A stretch of DNA of 17,405 nt from Candidatus Muiribacteriota bacterium (GCA_051747805.1 JBNJGP010000054.1:1-17405); one strand, 5' to 3'. Counted from the first letter of the stretch, positions 1-7,052 are shown. Translations and numbers: made by a program. Notes: generated by a model not told the origin, from the letters alone.

Positions 1-99
1 ACAAAACATAGCCGGGGTGACAAGCAAAAGCCAATAATAAATCAGACAGAAAGATAGTTTTAGCTGTCATCCCTGCGAAGGCAGGGAACCATATAATTA
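1..99. repeat. Direct repeat copy 1 (truncated by the window edge); contains REP-like palindromes
   Basis: 1-99 is identical to 404-502. It contains the hairpin TGTCA-TCCCTGC-gaag-GCAGGGA-ACCA (65-91) and the right half of a second hairpin (1-22). Confidence 0.95.
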
Positions 100-392
100 T
101 GAAAAATAAACAATATTACATTTATATTCTTACCAGTAAAAAAAATGGAACATTGTACACTGGAATAACTAGTAATTTAATTAAAAGAGTATATGAGCAT
201 AAAAATAAATTAGTAGATAGTTTTACAAAAAGATATGAAGTAGATAAACTTGTTTATTATGAAGTTTTTACTGATGTTAAAGAAGCTATTTTAAGAGAAA
301 AAAGAATCAAAAAGTGGAAAAGACAATATAAATTGAATTTAATAAATTCTTTTAACAAAGAATGGAAAGATTTATATTTTGATTTATTTTAA
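99..392 (+). CDS. Stand-alone GIY-YIG nuclease family protein (UPF0213/YhbQ-like), 97 aa
   Basis: Motifs YYIYIL...TLYTGIT, L-x-KR-x-YEH, A-x-x-RE-x-x-IK and a C-terminal N; the typical catalytic Tyr/Arg/Glu/Asn positions are present. Confidence 0.92.
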   Translation: MKNKQYYIYILTSKKNGTLYTGITSNLIKRVYEHKNKLVDSFTKRYEVDKLVYYEVFTDVKEAILREKRIKKWKRQYKLNLINSFNKEWKDLYFDLF

Positions 393-502
393 TGGACCCC
401 GGCACAAAACATAGCCGGGGTGACAAGCAAAAGCCAATAATAAATCAGACAGAAAGATAGTTTTAGCTGTCATCCCTGCGAAGGCAGGGAACCATATAAT
501 TA
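393..502. repeat. Direct repeat copy 2: REPIN-like doublet of two oppositely oriented REP-like hairpins
   Basis: 393-425 TGGA-CCCCGGC-acaaaacata-GCCGGGG-TGACA (reads TGTCA...TCCA on the minus strand) and 468-494 TGTCA-TCCCTGC-gaag-GCAGGGA-ACCA, separated by a 42-nt spacer whose ends are also partly complementary. Confidence 0.9.
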
Positions 503-521
503 AGGATAAAAAGGAGCTTAT

Positions 522-1520
522 ATGCTGATTAATAAGTTTGAAATTAATAATAATAAAAAACCATTTATAATTGCTGAAATCGGGGTTAATCATAATGGGA
601 ATATCAACCTGGCAAAAAAAATGATATCAAATGCTAAAAACGCAGGAGCTCACGCTGTTAAATTTCAAACATGGTCAAAAAAATCTCTTTATGGAGAAAA
701 ATTTTTAGAAGATAAACCTGATTTTGAAAAACAGATAGATGAATTTTCTTTAACTTTTTCTGAATTTAAAGAATTAGCCTCTTTTTGTAAAAAAGAAAAT
801 ATAATTTTTTCTGCAACTCCTTTTTCAGAAGAAGAAGTTGATTTTTTAGTTGAGATGGATGTTCAATTTTTAAAAGTAGCTTCTATGGATTTAAATAACT
901 ATCCATTTTTAGATTATATAGCTAAAAAAAATATTCCAGTTTTTCTCTCAACCGGTTTTGCGCAAAAAGAAGAAATAAATAAAGCTTTAGAAGTTATAAA
1001 AAATACCGGAAACAGGCAAATTGTTCTTATGCACTGTGTAGCAGATTATCCACCGTTACCAGAGACTCTTAATCTTGAAAATATAAAATGGATGATCGAT
1101 AGATTTAAAATTCCAGTTGGTTACTCTGATCACAGTTTGAATATTTATCCATGTTTATATGCTGTATATAATGGAGCTTGTGTAGTTGAGAGACATTTTA
1201 CTCTTGATAAAAATATGGAGGGCTGGGATCATAAAATTTCAAGCGATGAAAAAGAATTAAATGAGTTAGTTTTACAAAGTGGTATAATTCCTGCAATGAG
1301 AGGGCAATATGAAAGAGAAGTTTCTAATGAGGAATTAGATAAAAGGAAAAATTTTAGAAGGTCTATTGTAGCTAAAAAAGATATATTAAGCGGGGACAGA
1401 TTTACAAAAGAAAATATTTATCTTGCTCGCCCAGGATTTGGAATACCACCTGAAGAATATGATAATTTACTGGGAGTTGAGGCAAAAAAAGATTATAAAG
1501 CCGGAGAAATTATTTTGTAA
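522..1520 (+). CDS. neuB: N-acetylneuraminate (nonulosonic acid) synthase family protein with C-terminal SAF domain
   Basis: Motifs FIIAEIGVNHNG, AVKFQT, KVASMD, LSTG, LMHCVADYP, GYSDHS, ERHFTLD, DHKIS, RRSIVA, RPGFGI; RBS AAGGAG at 511-516. Product specificity (Neu/Leg/Pse) cannot be determined. Confidence 0.93.
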   Translation: MLINKFEINNNKKPFIIAEIGVNHNGNINLAKKMISNAKNAGAHAVKFQTWSKKSLYGEKFLEDKPDFEKQIDEFSLTFSEFKELASFCKKENIIFSATPFSEEEVDFLVEMDVQFLKVASMDLNNYPFLDYIAKKNIPVFLSTGFAQKEEINKALEVIKNTGNRQIVLMHCVADYPPLPETLNLENIKWMIDRFKIPVGYSDHSLNIYPCLYAVYNGACVVERHFTLDKNMEGWDHKISSDEKELNELVLQSGIIPAMRGQYEREVSNEELDKRKNFRRSIVAKKDILSGDRFTKENIYLARPGFGIPPEEYDNLLGVEAKKDYKAGEIIL

Positions 1521-1530
1521 TATAATTTTA

Positions 1531-1605
1531 AGCCGATAGGAGCCGTGAGAGGTGAGAAGTGAGAGGTGAGAAGTGAGACGATAGAAGCCGATAGAAACAG
1601 ATGAG
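1531..1605 (+). repeat. Nested simple repeats: 5x GTGAGAV heptamer inside an AGCCGATAGR decamer array
   Basis: Heptamers at 1545-1579 (gtgagag gtgagaa gtgagag gtgagaa gtgagac). Decamers at 1531-1540 and 1586-1595, plus a split copy (1541-1544 and 1580-1585). Confidence 0.9.
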
Positions 1606-1829
1606 AGCAAGAGATTAAAATTTAATAAATCAGTCCGCTAATATTCTTTATCAAATTCTATCATTTTTTTAATTTAATTAATATAAATTATTAAATTAAA
1701 TTAGTTGTTTGTAATAAATAAGACAAAAACAACAACGCAGAAAATATAGTTAAAATTTATAAAACACCAATAAAATTTACATAAACTAAAAATAGAATAA
1801 GGATTAATTGTAAAAAAGACAAAAACGAC

Positions 1830-1858
1830 TTGACAACGTGTTGAACTTCTGACATAAT
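1830..1858 (+). promoter_or_regulatory. Sigma70-type promoter for the regulator gene
   Basis: TTGACA (1830-1835), 17-bp spacer, CATAAT (1853-1858) preceded by extended -10 TGn; RBS AAGGAGG at 1891-1897. Confidence 0.75.
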
Positions 1859-1904
1859 AAACTTACAAGTAGAAACTATAAATGTAAACTAAGGAGGATC
1901 CTGA

Positions 1905-2555
1905 ATGCATTTTGGCGAAAAACTCTACGTTCTGTTAAAAGAAAAAGGCATGACACAGCGGGCCCTTGCAGATGAGCTTGATGTTAATGTTCAGGCAATT
2001 AATAGATATATTAAATCTGATAGACAACCAAGAATTTCTTTTATTCAAAAAGTTGCTAAAACTTTAAAAGTTCCTGTTACCTATTTTGTAAATGATTATA
2101 AAGATCCATCACCAGCTGTTCCTGATGAGTTTGATTATGATTTTGTCAAACTACGCGTTATGGGGCATATTCCAAAAGGATGGCCGCTTGCTGCTGTAAG
2201 AGAATTTATGGATGAAATTTTTGTACATAAAAGAATTGTAGAAAATATGAAAGTTTATGCTTTACAGGCTAATAATAATGATATGTCACCAATTATTGAA
2301 CCGTCAGATTACGTTATTTTGTGTGATGAGGTTAAACTCAAGGATGGCGATGTTGTGGGAATTAGAAAACACGGTGATGCTGAAATTAAATATAGAAAGT
2401 ATTATAAAATAAATGACTGGATAATGTTTATCCCAAAAAACATTTATCAGGAACCTGAAAAAATTAAAGCAAATCGTATAGATCCGCATCCGGACAAGGG
2501 TGATATTGAAATAATGGGTAAGGTTGTTTTTCAAACCAGAAATGGGTTTTATTAG
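1905..2555 (+). CDS. XRE-family HTH regulator with LexA/CI-like S24 C-terminal domain (probably non-autocleaving)
   Basis: N-terminal GMTQRALADELDVNVQAINRY...QPR...KVAKTLKVPVTYF HTH. C-terminal LRVMGHIPKGWP, ALQANNNDMSPIIEPSDYV, KDGDVV and IEIMGKVV match the S24 scaffold. Confidence 0.88.
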   Translation: MHFGEKLYVLLKEKGMTQRALADELDVNVQAINRYIKSDRQPRISFIQKVAKTLKVPVTYFVNDYKDPSPAVPDEFDYDFVKLRVMGHIPKGWPLAAVREFMDEIFVHKRIVENMKVYALQANNNDMSPIIEPSDYVILCDEVKLKDGDVVGIRKHGDAEIKYRKYYKINDWIMFIPKNIYQEPEKIKANRIDPHPDKGDIEIMGKVVFQTRNGFY

Positions 2556-2573
2556 AATGTAACGTACTGTAAC

Positions 2574-2603
2574 TTGCCTCTTTTTGATTTCTGCCGTTAC
2601 AAT
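2574..2603 (+). promoter_or_regulatory. Possible sigma70 promoter for the secreted protein gene
   Basis: TTGCCT (2574-2579), 18-bp spacer, TACAAT (2598-2603); RBS GGAGG at 2628-2632. Confidence 0.4.
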
Positions 2604-2638
2604 ATAAATAAGCAATTAAATTAATCTGGAGGCAAATT

Positions 2639-3802
2639 ATGAAAAAGTTAACAATTTTATTGTTAGTATTAGCTTTAACAGCTTTATTTACCTATTCGTA
2701 TGAAATGGATTTATATTTTAATATGATGCAGGCTGAGGGAGTATCTCAACAAGAGGCCGTACAAATTTATGAAACAATGCCTGATGATGAAAAAATAACA
2801 GTATTTTCAATTCTTGCCGCAAAAGATGATGGTGATTTAGATTCACTACCACCATTAAAATCTCAATATGAAAATCTTGTTTTACAAAATCCTTCTGCTG
2901 TAAATCTTATAAATGTTCTTTTTGAAGAAAACCAGAGAAGAAATGACAGGGATTATCATTATGGTGCAAAAAGATATTTTGAAAACGAAGAAATAAAACT
3001 TAATGTAAAAAAAGGTAGTTATGTTGAGTTTGTTGAAATGCGCTGGAACCCAGAATCAGGGCGAAGTAGGGTTCAACTTGTGGTTGATGGATATACATAC
3101 GCTGATGAGAAAGTTGTTAGAGGAACACAAAGATTTGAAATTAATACCAGAGTTAACAAAGAGTTTTATTTTATTGTAAGAAACGCTCCTGTTTATGTTT
3201 ATAATGATTATATAGGTTATGATGATTTCTTTAATAATGATAATGAATATGGTTATAATTTTATTAAAAATCTTCAAGTTGGCTCCAGTTCATATATAGA
3301 TATAAATAAAACTATTTCTGATTTTAAAATAAGAATTAATAATGGCAGGGCTAATATTGAGAAAATTTATATGTTTGTTAATAATCGTGAATATAAAATA
3401 GATGTTGATAAAACATTTTCAGCCGGAAGCTCATTTGACCACGAACTTGCAAGAGCAGCTTATGTTGAATATATAAGAGTTGACTGGTCAAGTTATAACA
3501 GGGCCGACGCCTCAATATTTGTAAAAGGGAATAACAGTTATAATCCTAATCCAACACCAACTCCAGCTCCTTCTACTGTAAATGTTTCTGATAGACAGGT
3601 TTCTGGTCCTTCGCAGGCTGAATCTACATATTCTTTTTATGATAAAGTAAATCAAAGTTCACAAACTGGTCAGAAAGTTGTAGATACCATGGTTGATGAA
3701 TTTAGAGACAATAATAATAGAGAAGGTTTACGAGCTATGTCAAGAGGAAACTTTATTATAAGGAAAGTTTCTTCCTCAAGGTTTAAAGTTGTTTGGTGGT
3801 AG
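2639..3802 (+). CDS. Secreted hypothetical protein; beta-rich central region, Pro/Thr linker, small C-terminal domain
   Basis: Sec-type signal MKKLTILLLVLALTALFTYS; strong RBS; NPNPTPTPAPST linker; followed by a terminator. No family recognised. Confidence 0.8.
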   Translation: MKKLTILLLVLALTALFTYSYEMDLYFNMMQAEGVSQQEAVQIYETMPDDEKITVFSILAAKDDGDLDSLPPLKSQYENLVLQNPSAVNLINVLFEENQRRNDRDYHYGAKRYFENEEIKLNVKKGSYVEFVEMRWNPESGRSRVQLVVDGYTYADEKVVRGTQRFEINTRVNKEFYFIVRNAPVYVYNDYIGYDDFFNNDNEYGYNFIKNLQVGSSSYIDINKTISDFKIRINNGRANIEKIYMFVNNREYKIDVDKTFSAGSSFDHELARAAYVEYIRVDWSSYNRADASIFVKGNNSYNPNPTPTPAPSTVNVSDRQVSGPSQAESTYSFYDKVNQSSQTGQKVVDTMVDEFRDNNNREGLRAMSRGNFIIRKVSSSRFKVVWW

Positions 3803-3827
3803 TTAATATTTTATAAAAGTTTTAGTT

Positions 3828-3857
3828 AAAAAAGGGCGGCTTATCCGCCCTTTTTTT
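3828..3857. terminator. Intrinsic (potentially bidirectional) terminator
   Basis: AAAAAA-GGGCGG-cttat-CCGCCC-TTTTTTT. Confidence 0.92.
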
Positions 3858-3890
3858 ATTTATAAGGGATTTTTTAAAAGCAAGTAACTA

Positions 3891-3919
3891 TTGTTAATTT
3901 TACTATTTTAATATACAAT
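3891..3919 (+). promoter_or_regulatory. Possible sigma70 promoter for the phosphomannomutase gene
   Basis: TTGTTA (3891-3896), 17-bp spacer, TACAAT (3914-3919); RBS GGAGGT at 3943-3948. The AT-rich context lowers specificity. Confidence 0.5.
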
Positions 3920-3953
3920 AAACTATATATTTCATTATTTATGGAGGTATTTT

Positions 3954-5291
3954 ATGGCTGGAATTTTTAAAGCTTATGATATAAGAGGACTATATCCTCA
4001 GGAATTAAATAAAGAGATGGCTTATAAAATTGGTAAAGGCGTTGCAAAACTTTTAAATAATTCCCCTATAATTGTCGGTAGAGATATGAGGGAGTCCGGT
4101 AAAGAACTCGGAAAGGGCCTTATATCTGGAATTATTGATATGGGACTTGATGTAATTGATGTTGGAATGGTTGAAACACCTGCTATTAATTATGCGGTGA
4201 ATAAGCTTAACGGTGGTGGCGGTGTAATGATTACAGCCTCCCATAATCCTGCTGGATATAATGGTTTTAAAATATGTCGTGATGAGGCAAAACCTGTAAG
4301 TTATGAAACTGGTATTAATAAGATTGAAGAATATGTTCATCAGGATATTAAAGTGTCAAATAAAAAAGGGAAATCCCGTGAAGTTAATATTGATAGAGAT
4401 TATATTAATTATTTAACAGGATTTGTTAAAGAGTGGAAAAAAACAAAGATTGTAGTTGATACAGCAAATGGCATGGGGGGTAAAACAATTCCTCTATTCA
4501 TAGAAGCAATTAAAGAGAAAGGGGTTGATATAGAGGTTGTTCCTCTTTATTTTGAACTTGATGGTAATTTTCCAAATCATGAGGCAAATCCTTCAAAAAC
4601 TGAAACACTGAATGATTTAATTAATAAAGTAAAAGAAACTCAAGCTGACTTGGGAATAGCCTTTGACGGTGATGCTGACCGTTCGGGTTATGTTGATGAG
4701 AGCGGTGAAATTGTAACAAGTGATTTTATTTCTATTCTTATTGCAATGGAATATTTAAAGAATAATCCCGGAGAAACTATTTTATACGATGTGCGCTCTA
4801 CTCAATCATTTAAGGAAACTGTTGAAAAAATGGGAGGGAAAGCCAAAAAGGTCCGGGTTGGACATGCCTATATAAAAGAGGCTCTCAGAAAAGAAGATGC
4901 TATATTTGCCGGAGAGCTTTCCGGACATTATTATTTTAAAGAAAATTTCTATACAGACAGTGGCATTATTGCCATGATTCAGGTTATTAATCAGCTCTCT
5001 GCTCAAAATAAAAAAATGTCAGAACTGATAAACCCCTTAAAAAAATATTATGCAAGTGGTGAGATTAACAGTAAAGTAGAAAATCCTGATAAAAAAATAG
5101 AGGAGATTGAAAAAATATATTCTAATGGAAAAATAGAAAAAATAGACGGTATTTCAATTGAGTTTGATACTTGGTGGTTTAATATTAGAAAATCTAACAC
5201 AGAGCCTATTTTAAGGTTGAACCTTGAGGCAGATACAAAAGAAGAGCTGGAAAAATATACAGAGGAAGTGCTAAAAATAATAAGAAATTAA
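3954..5291 (+). CDS. manB: Phosphomannomutase/phosphoglucomutase
   Basis: IFKAYDIRG start, catalytic TASHNP, metal-binding DGDADR, sugar-binding GELSGH, RKSNTEP. Confidence 0.95.
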   Translation: MAGIFKAYDIRGLYPQELNKEMAYKIGKGVAKLLNNSPIIVGRDMRESGKELGKGLISGIIDMGLDVIDVGMVETPAINYAVNKLNGGGGVMITASHNPAGYNGFKICRDEAKPVSYETGINKIEEYVHQDIKVSNKKGKSREVNIDRDYINYLTGFVKEWKKTKIVVDTANGMGGKTIPLFIEAIKEKGVDIEVVPLYFELDGNFPNHEANPSKTETLNDLINKVKETQADLGIAFDGDADRSGYVDESGEIVTSDFISILIAMEYLKNNPGETILYDVRSTQSFKETVEKMGGKAKKVRVGHAYIKEALRKEDAIFAGELSGHYYFKENFYTDSGIIAMIQVINQLSAQNKKMSELINPLKKYYASGEINSKVENPDKKIEEIEKIYSNGKIEKIDGISIEFDTWWFNIRKSNTEPILRLNLEADTKEELEKYTEEVLKIIRN

Positions 5292-5374
5292 TAAATAGTT
5301 TCAGGTTTATTAATTCTAAAAGCTTTTTATATTGAATTTTAGAATTGCTTTAAATCACTTTTTTTGGGGGAAAT

Positions 5375-5812
5375 ATGGAACAATGGATTTACTGGGTCGC
5401 AACCGGAATTATACTCTGTATTCTTGAAATTTTTACATCAGGATTTTTTCTTTTTAACTTCGGAGTATCGTCCATTATTACAGGATTATTTGTTTATTTC
5501 GGGGCAGGCTTGTCTCTTTCATTAACAGTTTTTGTAATAACGAATATTATACTGTTTATTTTTATTAAAAAAATAGCGAAAAAGATTTTTAACGGAAGTG
5601 AATCAAATGTAAAAACAAACTTTGAGGCATTGATTGGTAAAAATGCAATTGTAACAAATAAGGTATCAATCAAAGATTTTGGTGAAGTAAAAGTTGGTGG
5701 CGAAATATGGCACGCTGTTCCTGAAAACGAAGATGAGGTTTTTGATGAAGGTAAAAAAGTTGTAGTTGTTAAATCAGAGGGAAATAAATTATTTGTCAGG
5801 GAGGTAAAATGA
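5375..5812 (+). CDS. NfeD-like membrane protein (YbbJ-type, C-terminal OB fold)
   Basis: Hydrophobic N-terminus (W...ILEIFTSGFF), LIGKNAIV, GEVKVGGEIWHA; overlaps the SPFH gene by 4 nt (ATGA), the canonical pairing. Confidence 0.9.
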   Translation: MEQWIYWVATGIILCILEIFTSGFFLFNFGVSSIITGLFVYFGAGLSLSLTVFVITNIILFIFIKKIAKKIFNGSESNVKTNFEALIGKNAIVTNKVSIKDFGEVKVGGEIWHAVPENEDEVFDEGKKVVVVKSEGNKLFVREVK

Positions 5813-6783
5813 ACACGATTTTGATTATTCTTGCGGTAATGGTAGTGATTTTTGTTACAAAGGGAATTATTATAATTAAACAGGCCGAGGTTATGATTAT
5901 TGAAAGGTTTGGAAGATATAGAGGAACACTTCAGAGCGGAATTAATTTAATTATTCCTTTTGTTGAATCGGCCAGACCAATTAAATGGGAATATGTTAAA
6001 CAGGATTATCAGGGAAATAATTATTATCAGGTTAAAGAACTTACAAAAGTTGACCTGCGTGAAACTGTTTATGATTTTCCAAGACAGAACGTAATTACAA
6101 AAGATAATGTTACACTTGAAATAAATGCACTTTTATATTTTCAGGTTACTGATCCTATGAAGGCGGTTTATGAAATATATAATCTTCCTGATGCCATAAA
6201 GAAACTTACTCAGACAACGTTAAGAAATGTTATTGGTGAACTTGATCTTGATGAAACTCTGGCTTCAAGAGATGTTATTAATACAAAACTGAGGGTTATC
6301 CTTGATGAGGCAACAGATAAATGGGGTGTTAAGGTAAACAGGGTAGAACTTCAGGATATTAACCCGCCGCTTGAGATTAGAGAAGCTATGGAGAAACAGA
6401 TGCGTGCAGAAAGAACTAAAAGAGCACAAATTCTTGAGGCTCAGGGCTCTAAACAGTCTGAAATTTTAAAGGCAGAGGGAGCAAGAGAAGCTAATATACT
6501 GGACGCTCAAGGTATAAAAGAGGCTAAAATTTTAAGAGCCGAGGGTGATGCTCAGGCCAGACTTAAAATTGCAGATGCAGAGTCTATTGCTATCGAAAAA
6601 ATTTCAGCCAGAACCTCAAATGTAAAAGAATCTGTTAATTATCTTATAGCAATGAAATATATTGCAGCTTTTGATGAAATTGCCAAGAATGAGTCTGATA
6701 ATAAAGTTATTTATATGCCTTATGAAGTTTCATCAGTTATGAGCTCAATTGGAGGAATAAAAGAGCTTTTTAATAATAAATAG
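5809..6783 (+). CDS. SPFH/Band 7 (stomatin/QmcA-like) protein
   Basis: IIERFGRY, QNVITKDNV, TTLRNVIGELDLDETL, WGVKVNRVELQDI, AMEKQMRAER, AEG repeats. Confidence 0.95.
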   Translation: MNTILIILAVMVVIFVTKGIIIIKQAEVMIIERFGRYRGTLQSGINLIIPFVESARPIKWEYVKQDYQGNNYYQVKELTKVDLRETVYDFPRQNVITKDNVTLEINALLYFQVTDPMKAVYEIYNLPDAIKKLTQTTLRNVIGELDLDETLASRDVINTKLRVILDEATDKWGVKVNRVELQDINPPLEIREAMEKQMRAERTKRAQILEAQGSKQSEILKAEGAREANILDAQGIKEAKILRAEGDAQARLKIADAESIAIEKISARTSNVKESVNYLIAMKYIAAFDEIAKNESDNKVIYMPYEVSSVMSSIGGIKELFNNK

Positions 6784-6953
6784 TTTTAAATAAACTAGTA
6801 AAGTTGCCCAGAGCCAACAGTTTAGAAACAGTTATTTGGGTTACTAGAGTTTAAAAGCAAAAACAGAATCAGTGAGAGGACAATTAATTGTCTGAGAGAG
6901 TTTGTTATACTTACAAAAAGAGCAACCTGGGGATTGCGGATAAATAAAATGAA

Positions 6954-6987
6954 TTGTCGCTCCGGCTATGTTTTGTGCCGGAGTCCA
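6954..6987 (+). repeat. Dispersed copy of the REP-like hairpin at 393-426 (inverted orientation)
   Basis: TTGTCGCTCCGGCTATGTTTTGTGCCGGAGTCCA vs the reverse complement of 393-426 TTGTCACCCCGGCTATGTTTTGTGCCGGGGTCCA: 31/34 identical; two of the three differences form a compensatory pair. Confidence 0.9.
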
Positions 6988-7052
6988 GCTTTTATGCATT
7001 TGCTAATAACACTTTGTAGAGGCTCTATTCGCAACGAAGTTGCTCTCACATT

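Noticed and set aside
495..500. TATAAT in the repeat as a portable promoter for neuB or the GIY-YIG gene
   Set aside because: No credible -35 or extended -10. In copy 1 (92-97) it is only 1 nt from the ATG, too close to yield a transcript that includes the start codon.
1..502. CRISPR array or integron cassette interpretation
   Set aside because: Only two long repeats with a gene between them; no cas or integrase gene in view and no attC RYYYAAC/GTTRRRY ends recognised.
384..593. 69-aa minus-strand ORF containing WFPAFAGMT
   Set aside because: It is the translation of the REP-like repeat and antisense neuB; a typical spurious ORF arising from such palindromes.
1905..2555. Prophage immunity region or canonical lexA
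   Set aside because: No divergent cro, integrase or phage genes; the N-terminus is an XRE HTH, not the LexA winged helix.
5312..5346. AATTCTAAAA/TTTTAGAATT inverted repeat as a terminator after manB
   Set aside because: Almost entirely A/T with a 15-nt loop; weak and plausible by chance.
6870..6940. TPP riboswitch or T-box suggested by CTGAGA...AACCTG
   Set aside because: Lacks the GGGG/ACCC pairing and the GAT-C-x-GG-x-TAAT...GCGNAGGGA 3' half of TPP, and lacks the TGGNACCGCG T-box.
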